From: Clostridia bacterium
GTDB taxonomy: Bacteria > Bacillota > Clostridia > Lachnospirales > Lachnospiraceae
Reading direction: 5' to 3'
Assembly (NCBI GenBank): GCA_009929525.1
Contig: SAAH01000003.1
Coordinates: 13,650-77,649 of the forward strand
Length of the DNA: 64,000 nt
The notes beneath the pieces were generated by a model. The model was given only the letters and a program-made list of their open reading frames with translations. It was not told where the DNA came from and did no database searches. Within the stretch, counting starts at the first letter, position 1; each line of letters begins with the position of its first letter. Below, one piece after another: positions 39,183 to 49,147 of this stretch. Both the position numbers and the translations under genes were made by a program.

Positions 39183-40577
39183 ATGGAAAAAACAATGGAG
39201 AAAATCGTTGCACTGGCAAAGTCCAGAGGTTTTGTTTATCCAGGTTCCGAGATTTATGGCGGACTGGCAAATACCTGGGATTATGGTAATCTTGGAGTAG
39301 AACTTAAGAACAATGTAAAAAGAGCATGGTGGAAGAAGTTTATTCAAGAAAACCCATATAATGTAGGTGTAGATTGTGCGATACTGATGAACCCACAGAC
39401 ATGGGTAGCTTCAGGACATCTGGGAGGATTTTCGGATCCTTTGATGGACTGTAAAGAATGCCATGAGCGTTTTCGTGCAGATAAGATCATTGAGGATTTT
39501 TGTGCAGAGAAAGGTATTGAACTTGAAGGAAGTGTAGATGCATGGAGCCAGGAACAGATGAAATCTTTTATTGATGAGCATCAGATTCCATGTCCAAGCT
39601 GTGGAAAACATAATTTCACAGATATCCGTCAGTTCAACCTGATGTTTAAAACATTCCAGGGTGTAACGGAAGATGCAAAGAATACCGTATACCTGAGACC
39701 AGAGACAGCTCAGGGTATCTTTGTGAACTTCAAAAATGTTCATAGAACTTCAAGAAAGAAACTTCCATTTGGTATCGGACAGATCGGAAAATCTTTCCGT
39801 AATGAGATCACTCCTGGAAACTTCACATTCCGTACAAGAGAATTTGAGCAGATGGAGCTGGAGTTCTTCTGTAAACCGGATACAGATCTGGAATGGTTTG
39901 CTTATTGGAAGCAGTTCTGCCTGAACTGGCTCCATGAGTTGGGACTTAAAGACGAGGAAGTACGTTACCGTGATCATTCACCGGAAGAACTTTCTTTCTA
40001 CAGCAAAGCAACTACCGATGTGGAATTTTTATTCCCATTTGGCTGGGGTGAGCTGTGGGGAATTGCAGATCGTACGGATTATGACCTTACACAGCATCAG
40101 AATGTATCCGGACAGGATCTGACATATTTTGATGATGAAGCAAAAGAAAAATATATTCCATATGTTATCGAGCCATCATTGGGAGCTGACCGTATGGTAC
40201 TTGCTTTCCTGTGCAGCGCTTACGACGAAGAAGTATTGGATGCAGAGAGAAATGATGTTCGTACAGTCATGAGATTCCATCCGGCACTGGCACCAGTAAA
40301 AGTTGGTGTGTTGCCATTATCTAAAAAGTTAAACGAAGGTGCAGAGAAGGTATATGCTGCATTGGCTAAAAACTGGAACTGTGAATTCGACGACAGAGGA
40401 AATATCGGTAAGAGATATCGCCGTCAGGATGAGATCGGAACTCCGTTCTGTGTAACATACGATTTTGATTCAGAGACAGATGGCGCAGTTACCGTTCGTG
40501 ACCGTGATACCATGGAGCAGGAGAGAGTGAAAATCGAGGAATTGGAAGCTTATCTGGCTGCAAAACTGGCATTTTAG
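39183..40577 (+). CDS. glyQS: glycine--tRNA ligase (single-chain alpha2 type)
   Basis: 464 aa. The N-terminus [29 protein letters not shown] and class II motifs ([25 protein letters not shown]) are typical of GlyQS. Confidence 0.95.
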   Translation: MEKTMEKIVALAKSRGFVYPGSEIYGGLANTWDYGNLGVELKNNVKRAWWKKFIQENPYNVGVDCAILMNPQTWVASGHLGGFSDPLMDCKECHERFRADKIIEDFCAEKGIELEGSVDAWSQEQMKSFIDEHQIPCPSCGKHNFTDIRQFNLMFKTFQGVTEDAKNTVYLRPETAQGIFVNFKNVHRTSRKKLPFGIGQIGKSFRNEITPGNFTFRTREFEQMELEFFCKPDTDLEWFAYWKQFCLNWLHELGLKDEEVRYRDHSPEELSFYSKATTDVEFLFPFGWGELWGIADRTDYDLTQHQNVSGQDLTYFDDEAKEKYIPYVIEPSLGADRMVLAFLCSAYDEEVLDAERNDVRTVMRFHPALAPVKVGVLPLSKKLNEGAEKVYAALAKNWNCEFDDRGNIGKRYRRQDEIGTPFCVTYDFDSETDGAVTVRDRDTMEQERVKIEELEAYLAAKLAF

Positions 40578-40635
40578 TTTGTTCTGGAAGGAGTGCAGCA
40601 CAGCACTCATACTGGAGATTTTTAGAATATAAGAG

Positions 40636-40687
40636 TACAACAAAGAAGAGAATTTGCGAAATTTTGCAGATTCTCTTCTTTGTTGTA
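40636..40687 (+). terminator. 18-bp perfect-stem hairpin after glyQS (terminator candidate lacking a clear U tract)
   Basis: TACAACAAAGAAGAGAAT (40636-40653) pairs with ATTCTCTTCTTTGTTGTA (40670-40687), with a 16-nt loop. Confidence 0.45.
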
Positions 40688-40846
40688 TTAGTGGAAATGT
40701 CTGATTTCGGAAGGGCAGGATATTGTAGACAAAATGCCAGCAACATTGTTGGAAGATACTCCATGGAATAGCAAAAAATGTCATTTACCCGTATCGTCAC
40801 ATATGGTAGGATGAAAAAAATGAGTAAATTCATATTGGGAGGACAT

Positions 40847-42967
40847 ATGCTGAGTATAAAGATTGAAAGAGAAGATCAGAGAGAACACCTGCTCCATATA
40901 CAAAAGGATAAGGAGTTGGTAAAAGCGAATGGGAGATATGCGGCTACAGGAAATTACCTTACAAGAGATGGTAAACCATGGTATCCCATCATGGGAGAAT
41001 TTCATTTTTCCAGATGCAATCCAGCTTTTTGGAGGGAAGAAATAGCTAAGATGAAGGCAGGGGGAATAGACATTCTCGCTACCTATGTGTTCTGGATCTA
41101 TCATGAGGAACGACAGGGAGAGTGGGACTTTACAGGGGAGAAAGATCTTGGAGAATTTGTCAGGCTGTGCAGGGAAGAGGATATGCCAGTACTTCTCCGG
41201 ATAGGACCGTGGGCCCATGGAGAGTGCCGTAATGGCGGATTTCCTGACTGGCTGGTGGCACGTAAAGATCTGAAACTTAGAAGTGATGATGAGGACTATC
41301 TGGAACTGGTAGAGGCATTTTGGAAGAAAGTCTATGAACAGGTGGATCACATGATGTACCCTCAGGGTGGTCCAGTGATCGGCATACAGATTGAAAATGA
41401 ATATGGACATTGCGGAGGACTACAGGGAGAAGCCGGAGTCCAGCACATGAAGACTTTGAAAGCAATGGCAATAAAGCTTGGATTTTGTACATCCTATTAT
41501 ACTGCTACAGGATGGGGAGGCGGTATCGTGCCGGAAGGATGTCTGCCGGTTCTGGCGGCATACTGCGGAGCTCCATGGGAGCAGCACGTACATCAGATGC
41601 CTCCAAATGCCAATTTCGTTTTTAGTCATTACAAAGACGATAAAAATGTTGGCAGCGATCTTAGTGTGGGTGAAGAAACCGGATTTTCCTATGATACAGA
41701 AGCGATGCCGTATCTTATGGCAGAACTTGGAGGCGGCCTTCAGGTGACCGGACACAGACGACCATATGTCACGGCTCAGGATACCGCCTGTATGGCACTT
41801 TGTAAGGCCGGTTCCGGGGCAAATCTGCTGGGATACTATATGTATCATGGCGGAACGAATCCTAAGGGAAAATACACCTCTCTCCAAGAATCAAAAGAAA
41901 GCGGATATATCAACGATCTTCCAGTGAGATCTTATGATTTTCAGGCACCGATCGGCGAATATGGGAGTATCAATGAAGGATATTTTGCATTAAAGCCGCT
42001 TCATATGTTCCTCAAAGAATTTGGAGAATTGGTTGCGGAAGGAGAATGCATTTTGCCTTCTTGGAATAGTGAAAATCCCTCAGATATGGAGGCGTACAGG
42101 ATCGGTCTGCGTCATCTTAGGGGAAAGGGACAGGGATTTTTGTTCTACAACAGATATCAAAGACATGATAAGATGGATTCGAAAACTGCTGGAGTGACTA
42201 TAGAGGAAGAAAAATGGCAAATTGAGATACCGGAGATTTGTATGGAAGCAGGTACTGCCGGGTGGATTCCTTATGCAGCCCAGGAGACAGATGGAATGGT
42301 ATTGACACCGGAATTTCGTTTGTATTCTTCGAACTGTCCGGTCCTTTGCCGATTGGGTGAGGATGTTGTGTTTTTTGGAGAAGGAGAGCCGGAAGTAGTA
42401 TGGCAGGGAAGCGGAGATGCTCTTTTTATCAGCAAATGGGAAGCAGAACATGCATTAAAGTATAAGGAGCAGCTATATGTGGCAGATGGATGTCTGATAC
42501 AGGAAAAAGATAAGCTCAGTCTGATCACTCAAAAGGAAAGAAACGAAATCATGGTCTATCCGGAGGAAAAACGCGAGGAAGTATGCTGCGAGCCGGCTGA
42601 AGTATCCATTAAATTAAAAGAATGCGAAGAAAATGGGATATACGTGGAGTATGAACTTCTCATATATGGCAGTCTGGAAAAATGCCATGATCTTTGGATC
42701 AATCTGGATATTATCGGGGACCGGGGAGAATTTTGGACAGGCGATAAGGCGGGTGATCTGGAGCAGCCGGACGGTGATTGGTATTATCAGGGAAAGACAT
42801 GGAAGATCAGCTGGAAGTATATCGGATGCCCGGATAAGATGATCTTTAGGATCTATCATGCAAAGAGCAGTGAAGAGACATATTACGAGATCCTGCCAGT
42901 GGGGAAAACAGGGATACGTAAAGCCGATCTCAAGGCTGAGTATAAGATAAAGCTTATAAGTGAATGA
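40847..42967 (+). CDS. GH35-family beta-galactosidase
   Basis: GKPWYPIMGEFHFSR..., LRIGPWAHGECRNGGFPDWL and GGPVIGIQIENEYG (acid/base Glu motif of GH35). Start ATG 40847 follows GGGAGG. Confidence 0.8.
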   Translation: MLSIKIEREDQREHLLHIQKDKELVKANGRYAATGNYLTRDGKPWYPIMGEFHFSRCNPAFWREEIAKMKAGGIDILATYVFWIYHEERQGEWDFTGEKDLGEFVRLCREEDMPVLLRIGPWAHGECRNGGFPDWLVARKDLKLRSDDEDYLELVEAFWKKVYEQVDHMMYPQGGPVIGIQIENEYGHCGGLQGEAGVQHMKTLKAMAIKLGFCTSYYTATGWGGGIVPEGCLPVLAAYCGAPWEQHVHQMPPNANFVFSHYKDDKNVGSDLSVGEETGFSYDTEAMPYLMAELGGGLQVTGHRRPYVTAQDTACMALCKAGSGANLLGYYMYHGGTNPKGKYTSLQESKESGYINDLPVRSYDFQAPIGEYGSINEGYFALKPLHMFLKEFGELVAEGECILPSWNSENPSDMEAYRIGLRHLRGKGQGFLFYNRYQRHDKMDSKTAGVTIEEEKWQIEIPEICMEAGTAGWIPYAAQETDGMVLTPEFRLYSSNCPVLCRLGEDVVFFGEGEPEVVWQGSGDALFISKWEAEHALKYKEQLYVADGCLIQEKDKLSLITQKERNEIMVYPEEKREEVCCEPAEVSIKLKECEENGIYVEYELLIYGSLEKCHDLWINLDIIGDRGEFWTGDKAGDLEQPDGDWYYQGKTWKISWKYIGCPDKMIFRIYHAKSSEETYYEILPVGKTGIRKADLKAEYKIKLISE

Positions 42968-43011
42968 AATGCAAAAATAATTTCAAGAAAATAAGTCACG
43001 GATGATAATAT

Positions 43012-43060
43012 AAAAGCCAGAGTTTCATTTGAATACAGAATGAAATTCTGGCTTTTAAAA
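43012..43060. terminator. bidirectional intrinsic terminator between convergent genes
   Basis: 18-bp stem AAAAGCCAGAGTTTCATT (43012-43029) pairs with AATGAAATTCTGGCTTTT (43039-43056). There are A/T tracts on both sides. Confidence 0.8.
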
Positions 43061-43084
43061 ATATCTTATATAAGATTCTGATGA

Positions 43085-43858
43085 TCAATAATCAATCTTG
43101 AATACAGGATCAGCTGGATAACCACTGGAAAGCTTCTGTATACCCCGCTGGATACTGTCGCGGGAATTGCCCCAGTCCTTATCCTTGTTGAGATAATCCT
43201 GTTTAGCACAGAACCATGTGACTTCCTCCTCGACCCTCTTCATATTTTTTTCCATCAGGTCAAATAAAACAGGATAAAATGCTGCTTTCTCTTTGTCATT
43301 TAACTTCTTTTCGCCCATTTCGACCAGATCCTTAAAATGAGGAAGACAAAATCCTTTACTGTTTTTGAAAAGTTCAGCAAACTCAGTGCTGTTCTTGTAC
43401 ATATAGAAAAAATTTTCAAGGTAGCGCTGATAATTTGCATGGAAATGATCACACACATAGCAGCTGTTTTCCTTTTCCTGTATCCACTGCCCGAGTGCAG
43501 TCTCCGGGTTCTCCGGATCGATGGATGTCTTTTTGATACGTCCCATAAAGGAGGACTTGCCGGCAGTAAAAGCCTTCATCTGCTGGGTCATTTCCTGATT
43601 CAGCTTCTTTAAGTGTGTGCTGAGGATCAGGCCGCAGCCAAGCCGGTTGCCATAATCGTACATCATCTTATAATGATGACGGCAGAATCCGATCTTATCA
43701 GTTTCCATGCGTACATCATCCTCCATGTAGGAAGCTCCGCTTCCCAGGATGAATTCTAAAGCATGCTGTTCTGCCTCACGTTCAAGATAGCAAAAAGGAC
43801 ATTCGTCATCTGCGTGGAAGGCATCGTTGAGTGGAATAGTATAAATTGTTTCTTTCAT
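43085..43858 (-). CDS. Cys/His-rich protein of unknown function (DUF6062-like, tentative)
   Basis: Two copies of a CxxC-(35/36 aa)-GFCxxH module (CPFC...GFCRHH and CYVC...GFCLPH). RBS GAGGAG. Probably co-transcribed with the upstream gene. Confidence 0.65.
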   Translation of the reverse strand: MKETIYTIPLNDAFHADDECPFCYLEREAEQHALEFILGSGASYMEDDVRMETDKIGFCRHHYKMMYDYGNRLGCGLILSTHLKKLNQEMTQQMKAFTAGKSSFMGRIKKTSIDPENPETALGQWIQEKENSCYVCDHFHANYQRYLENFFYMYKNSTEFAELFKNSKGFCLPHFKDLVEMGEKKLNDKEKAAFYPVLFDLMEKNMKRVEEEVTWFCAKQDYLNKDKDWGNSRDSIQRGIQKLSSGYPADPVFKIDY

Positions 43859-43863
43859 GATAG

Positions 43864-44577
43864 TTACTCCTCGTCTAAGTCATCTATAGCTGAGCGGATC
43901 CCTGCGTTATCAGCTAAGTCTGGGTCGTCATCTGAATCCAGATCATCATCATCCGGATCCGAATCATCACGTGTTCGAATCGGTCTTCTTTTCTTTTTTG
44001 CCGGCTCATCAAGAAGAGAAAATCTGCCGGCGGCTGACAGACAAAAACACAGCCACATATCAGCAAGCCCATTCAGAATAAGTACGATTCCGATATAACG
44101 CAGTGTGGAGTCCACTTGTTTAAATGGATTAAAGAAAAGAATGATCGCAAATACAAGCAGGACACCGCCTGTTGCCAGGGCAGACCACCAATAGGGGTGG
44201 GTGCGTTTGGAAAGCTTCCAGGCTTTTAGAGCATCAACAAGTCCATGAATGAAAAATAAAACACCGCATAGGATAGGAATGATAGAAAGAAAAGTAGTTG
44301 GATTAACAAAAATCCATATTCCGATCGCTATAAGGACAGCGGAAAGTTCGATCACATAAGGATAATCGGACTGTTTTGCCAGCTTTGAAAGTCCCAGGAT
44401 AAAGGAAACACATCCGGAGATGATCAAAACCAGAGCAACGATAAACCATAGTACCCGGGATGTCACAGAAGGCCAGACAGCAAATATCAGTCCAAGGACC
44501 AGCCATAAGGCCGCCAGGATATAGCTGATGTAGCCGGAGAGTGATACCGGAGTTTCTTTCTTACTTTTTTTGCTCAA
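43864..44577 (-). CDS. DUF308/HdeD-like polytopic membrane protein with an acidic C-terminal tail
   Basis: About six hydrophobic helices. The tail reads RDDSDPDDDDLDSDDDPDLADNAG...DDLDEE. TTG start 7 nt after GAGGTG. Confidence 0.6.
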   Translation of the reverse strand: MSKKSKKETPVSLSGYISYILAALWLVLGLIFAVWPSVTSRVLWFIVALVLIISGCVSFILGLSKLAKQSDYPYVIELSAVLIAIGIWIFVNPTTFLSIIPILCGVLFFIHGLVDALKAWKLSKRTHPYWWSALATGGVLLVFAIILFFNPFKQVDSTLRYIGIVLILNGLADMWLCFCLSAAGRFSLLDEPAKKKRRPIRTRDDSDPDDDDLDSDDDPDLADNAGIRSAIDDLDEE

Positions 44578-44748
44578 ATATATACACCTCAGCTTTCGAT
44601 ATTCATATACAAAAAGAATACTCTGTTTTTAAGGAAAGGTCAACAAAAATGACAAAAAGACCTCCCTGCAAATGGAAAACAAATCGTGTAAATGACATGA
44701 AAATATAAAAAATTCAAACAATAGACCGTCAAAAACTACAAAAAGATA

Positions 44749-44777
44749 TTGCAAAATGGATAAAAAGTTGTTATAAT
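44749..44777 (+). promoter_or_regulatory. sigma-A-type promoter of the phosphofructokinase gene
   Basis: TTGCAA (44749-44754), 17-nt spacer, TATAAT (44772-44777). Confidence 0.6.
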
Positions 44778-44835
44778 GACGATTAACGTATAAGAACGAC
44801 ACAATATTAGACATATTATTGAGGAGGAGAGAAAC

Positions 44836-46086
44836 ATGGCAACTAAGAAGAGAAATATTATCGTAGGACAGTCAGGAGGACCGACATCCGTGATCAACTC
44901 AAGCCTGGCCGGTGTTTATAAGAATGCTATCGAGCGTGGATTTCATAAGGTATATGGTATGCTCCATGGGATTCAGGGACTTTTAGATGAGCAGTATGTG
45001 GATATGTCCACACAGATTCATTCAGATCTGGATATTGAACTTCTGAAGAGAACACCATCTGCTTTTTTGGGATCCTGCAGATTCAAACTTCCAGAGATTC
45101 ATGAAAATATGGAAATCTATGATAAGATTTTTGAGATTCTTGACAAACTTGAGATTGATTCCTTTATTTATATTGGTGGAAATGATTCCATGGATACTAT
45201 CAAGAAGTTATCAGATTATGCGATCATCAAGGGACATCAGCAGAAGTTCCTCGGTGTACCGAAGACTATTGACAATGATCTTGCTCTGACAGATCATACC
45301 CCAGGCTTTGGAAGTGCAGCGAAGTATATCGCAGCATCCACAAAAGAGATCATCCGTGATGCTCTGGGACTGACTTATAAGAAAGATATGATCACAGTGA
45401 TCGAAGTCATGGGACGTAACGCCGGATGGCTTACAGGAGCAACAGCTCTGGCTAAGACAGAAGAGTGTGAAGGACCGGATCTTATTTATCTTCCGGAAGT
45501 ACCATTTGACGTAGATAAGTTCCTGAAGAAAGTAAAAGACATCCTGAAAAAGAAAAGCTCTATCGTGATCGCAGTATCAGAAGGAATCAGACTGGAGGAC
45601 GGACGTTACGTATGTGAATTGTCCGGAGGAAGTGATTACGTGGATGCATTTGGCCACAAACAGTTACAGGGTACAGCTGCATATCTGGCAGGATTCCTTG
45701 GTGCTGAGATCGGATGCAAAACCAGAAGCGTAGAATTCTCCACCTTACAAAGAAGTGCATCACATATGGCATCCCGTGTGGATATCGATGAAGCATTTAT
45801 GGTAGGCGGTGCTGCAGTGAAAGCAGCAGACGAAGGATATAATGGAAACATGGTCGTTATCGATCGTGTATCTGATGATCCATATATGGCATCTGCAGGC
45901 ATCTATGATGTACACAGGATCGCTAATGAAGAAAAGGTTGTTCCGAGAGAATGGATGAACAAAGAGGGCAACTATGTGACAAAAGACTTTGTAGATTATG
46001 TAAAACCATTGATCCAGGGTGATTATCAGCCGATCATGGTGAATGGTCTGCCACGTCATCTTGTTCTGGATCTGAAAAAGAAATAG
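44836..46086 (+). CDS. 6-phosphofructokinase, predicted pyrophosphate-dependent type
   Basis: PFK family (SGGPTSVINSS, MGRNAGWL). IGGNDS places Asp at the E. coli Gly104-equivalent position. PKTIDND places Lys at the Gly124-equivalent position. Both are PPi-PFK hallmarks. Confidence 0.8.
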   Translation: MATKKRNIIVGQSGGPTSVINSSLAGVYKNAIERGFHKVYGMLHGIQGLLDEQYVDMSTQIHSDLDIELLKRTPSAFLGSCRFKLPEIHENMEIYDKIFEILDKLEIDSFIYIGGNDSMDTIKKLSDYAIIKGHQQKFLGVPKTIDNDLALTDHTPGFGSAAKYIAASTKEIIRDALGLTYKKDMITVIEVMGRNAGWLTGATALAKTEECEGPDLIYLPEVPFDVDKFLKKVKDILKKKSSIVIAVSEGIRLEDGRYVCELSGGSDYVDAFGHKQLQGTAAYLAGFLGAEIGCKTRSVEFSTLQRSASHMASRVDIDEAFMVGGAAVKAADEGYNGNMVVIDRVSDDPYMASAGIYDVHRIANEEKVVPREWMNKEGNYVTKDFVDYVKPLIQGDYQPIMVNGLPRHLVLDLKKK

Positions 46087-46092
46087 CAATAT

Positions 46093-46135
46093 AAGGACAT
46101 TCTTTTCAAAAAGCAGAAAAGGATGTCCTTTTTTG
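46093..46135 (+). terminator. intrinsic terminator after the PFK gene
   Basis: AAGGACATTCTTTT (46093-46106) pairs with AAAAGGATGTCCTT (46117-46130), then a T tract. Confidence 0.8.
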
Positions 46136-46155
46136 TGAATTTAACTGGATTTGTC

Positions 46156-46184
46156 TTGACTATATTTGGGATTTTGTTTACAAT
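46156..46184 (+). promoter_or_regulatory. sigma-A-type promoter of ppdK
   Basis: TTGACT (46156-46161), 17-nt spacer, TACAAT (46179-46184). Confidence 0.55.
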
Positions 46185-46283
46185 TATGATATACGAGTGC
46201 TTTGCGCACGAGTGCGGTATCCATGGCTTTTTTAGCGTGCGATATTAGTGAAATAAATTACACTTTTTAGGAGGAAGTAAAAA

Positions 46284-48908
46284 ATGGCAAAATGGGTTTA
46301 CTTATTTAGTGAAGGAAATGCCAACATGAGAAACCTTCTTGGCGGAAAAGGTGCCAACCTTGCAGAAATGACAAATCTTGGCCTTCCGATTCCACAGGGT
46401 TTCACTGTTACAACAGAAGCTTGTACAGATTACTATGATAATGGAAAGAAGATTTCTTCTGAAATCCAGACACAGATCTTTGATTCTATGGCTGAACTGG
46501 AGAAGATCCAGGGAAAGACTTTCGGAAGTACAGAAGATCCGTTATTGGTATCCGTACGTTCCGGTGCTAGAGCTTCCATGCCAGGTATGATGGATACAAT
46601 CCTGAACCTGGGTCTGAACGACGTTGCTGTTGAAGGCTTCGCAAAGAAAACTGGCAATGCAAGATTTGCATATGACTCATACAGACGTTTCATTCAGATG
46701 TATTCAGACGTAGTTATGGAAGTTCCGAAGTCCTTCTTTGAGAAGATCATTGACGAAGTAAAAGAATCTAAGGGTGTTAAGTTCGATACAGAACTGACAG
46801 TAGATGACCTGAAAGAACTGGTTACTAGATTCAAAGCTGTTTATTCAGATGCAATGGACGGAGAAGAATTCCCACAGGATCCTAAGGAACAGCTTATGGG
46901 AGCAGTTAAAGCTGTATTCCGTTCTTGGGACAACCCTCGTGCTATCGTATATCGTCGTATGAACGATATCCCGGGCGATTGGGGAACAGCTGTTAACGTA
47001 CAGGCAATGGTATTTGGTAACATGGGTGAAACATCAGGTACTGGTGTTGCATTTACACGTAACCCATCTACTGGTGAAAAAGGTATCTACGGTGAATACC
47101 TGATCAATGCTCAGGGTGAAGACGTAGTTGCTGGTGTTCGTACACCACAGCCTATCACAAAACTGGCAGAAGATATGCCAAAATGTTACAAACAGTTCAT
47201 GGAACTGGCTATGAAACTTGAGAACCATTACCGTGATATGCAGGATATGGAGTTCACTATCCAGGAAGGTAAATTGTACTTCCTTCAGACACGTAACGGT
47301 AAGAGAACAGCTCCAGCAGCTATCCAGATCGCTTGTGACCTGGTAGATGAAGGAATGATCACTCCAGAAGAAGCAGTTTGCCGTATCGAAGCTAAATCTT
47401 TAGATCAGTTACTGCATCCTACATTCAATGCAGCAGCTCTTAAAGCTGGTGAAGTTATCGGTTCCGCACTGCCAGCATCTCCTGGTGCAGCAGCAGGTAA
47501 AGTTTACTTCACAGCTGAGGATGCTAAGAATGCTCATGAAGGCGGAGACAGAGTTATCCTTGTTCGTCTTGAGACATCTCCAGAAGATATCGAAGGTATG
47601 CATGCAGCAGAAGGTATCCTGACTGTTCGTGGTGGTATGACTTCTCATGCAGCCGTAGTTGCACGTGGTATGGGAACATGCTGTGTATCTGGTTGTGGCG
47701 AGATCAAAATCAGTGAAGAAGAAAAATGGTTCACACTTGGTGGATATACATTCAAAGAGGAAGATTACATCTCACTTGATGGAACATCCGGAAAAATCTA
47801 CAAAGGTGATATCATGACAGAAGAAGCATCTGTTGGTGGAAACTTTGGCCGTATCATGAGATGGGCTGATCAGTTCCGTAAACTGCAGGTTCGTACAAAT
47901 GCAGATACACCTACAGATACAGAGAATGCAGTTAAACTGGGTGCAGAAGGTATCGGTCTTTGCCGTACTGAGCATATGTTCTTTGATCCAGAGCGTATTC
48001 CGAAGATCCGTAAGATGATCCTGTCTGACTCTGTAGAAGCAAGAGAAGCAGCTCTTAACGAACTGATCCCTTATCAGAAGAGCGATTTCAAAGCTATGTA
48101 CAAAGCACTGAGAGGACGTCCGATGACAGTTCGTTATCTGGATCCGCCGCTTCATGAGTTCGTACCTACAGATCCAGAAGATATCAAAGCTCTGGCTGCA
48201 GATATGGGACTTACAGTAGAAGAAGTTAATGCAAAATGTGAAGAACTTCATGAGTTCAACCCTATGATGGGACATCGTGGATGCCGTCTTGCAGTTACTT
48301 ATCCAGAAATTGCTAAGATGCAGACAAGAGCCGTTATGGAAGCTGCTATCGAAATCAAAGAAGAGATGGGATATGACATCGTTCCAGAAATCATGATTCC
48401 ACTTGTTGGCGAGAAGAAAGAGCTGAAATACGTTAAAGATGTAGTTGTAGCTACAGCTGAGGAAGTTATGAAAGAGAAAGGCGAATACATTAACTATCAT
48501 GTAGGAACCATGATCGAGATCCCTCGTGCAGCTCTGACAGCAGATGAAATTGCAGAAGAAGCAGAATTCTTCTCATTTGGTACAAATGACTTAACACAGA
48601 TGACATTCGGATTCTCACGTGATGACGCTGGTAAGTTCTTAGGTTCCTACTATGCTAACAAGATCTATGAGTCAGACCCATTTGCAAAACTGGATCAGAC
48701 TGGTGTAGGTCAGTTAGTTGCTATGGCAGCTAAGAAAGGCCGTGCTACTAACCCAACACTTAAGATGGGTATCTGTGGAGAGCATGGTGGAGATCCATCA
48801 TCCGTAGAATTCTGCCACAAAGTTGGTCTGAACTACGTATCCTGCTCACCATTCCGTGTACCGATCGCAAGACTGGCAGCAGCTCAGGCAGCATTGAACA
48901 ACAAATAA
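46284..48908 (+). CDS. ppdK: pyruvate, phosphate dikinase
   Basis: 874 aa. N-terminus KWVYLFSEGNANMRNLLGGKGANLAEM, phospho-His motif GGMTSHAAVVARG, and C-terminal PEP-utilising motif. Confidence 0.95.
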   Translation: MAKWVYLFSEGNANMRNLLGGKGANLAEMTNLGLPIPQGFTVTTEACTDYYDNGKKISSEIQTQIFDSMAELEKIQGKTFGSTEDPLLVSVRSGARASMPGMMDTILNLGLNDVAVEGFAKKTGNARFAYDSYRRFIQMYSDVVMEVPKSFFEKIIDEVKESKGVKFDTELTVDDLKELVTRFKAVYSDAMDGEEFPQDPKEQLMGAVKAVFRSWDNPRAIVYRRMNDIPGDWGTAVNVQAMVFGNMGETSGTGVAFTRNPSTGEKGIYGEYLINAQGEDVVAGVRTPQPITKLAEDMPKCYKQFMELAMKLENHYRDMQDMEFTIQEGKLYFLQTRNGKRTAPAAIQIACDLVDEGMITPEEAVCRIEAKSLDQLLHPTFNAAALKAGEVIGSALPASPGAAAGKVYFTAEDAKNAHEGGDRVILVRLETSPEDIEGMHAAEGILTVRGGMTSHAAVVARGMGTCCVSGCGEIKISEEEKWFTLGGYTFKEEDYISLDGTSGKIYKGDIMTEEASVGGNFGRIMRWADQFRKLQVRTNADTPTDTENAVKLGAEGIGLCRTEHMFFDPERIPKIRKMILSDSVEAREAALNELIPYQKSDFKAMYKALRGRPMTVRYLDPPLHEFVPTDPEDIKALAADMGLTVEEVNAKCEELHEFNPMMGHRGCRLAVTYPEIAKMQTRAVMEAAIEIKEEMGYDIVPEIMIPLVGEKKELKYVKDVVVATAEEVMKEKGEYINYHVGTMIEIPRAALTADEIAEEAEFFSFGTNDLTQMTFGFSRDDAGKFLGSYYANKIYESDPFAKLDQTGVGQLVAMAAKKGRATNPTLKMGICGEHGGDPSSVEFCHKVGLNYVSCSPFRVPIARLAAAQAALNNK

Positions 48909-48999
48909 TATTTTGTTTTGGGGTAATACTCATTATCGCCCAGTGCGAGAAAGTCATTATCCTCTAAGCCAAAATATTGAATAAGAAGTGACAAATAAT

Positions 49000-49043
49000 A
49001 GACCTTGAAATTCAGGAGCAATCTTGAGTTTTGAGGTCTTTTG
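49000..49043 (+). terminator. intrinsic terminator after ppdK
   Basis: 17-bp stem 49000-49016 / 49023-49039 containing four G-U pairs that are valid only on the + strand, then TTTT. Confidence 0.6.
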
Positions 49044-49073
49044 TCGTATGTTTGCTTATGCAGTAGTAAGAAA

Positions 49074-49120
49074 AAGACCTTTAATCATAAGAAATCTTAT
49101 GGTTAGAGGTCTTGTTTTTT
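49074..49120. terminator. second hairpin between ppdK and the convergent sigma-fusion gene
   Basis: AAGACCTTTAATCATAAG pairs with CTTATGGTTAGAGGTCTT. It is flanked by AAAAA upstream and GTTTTTT downstream. Confidence 0.55.
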
Positions 49121-49147
49121 CTACAGGGAAAATATGGAAACTGAGAT

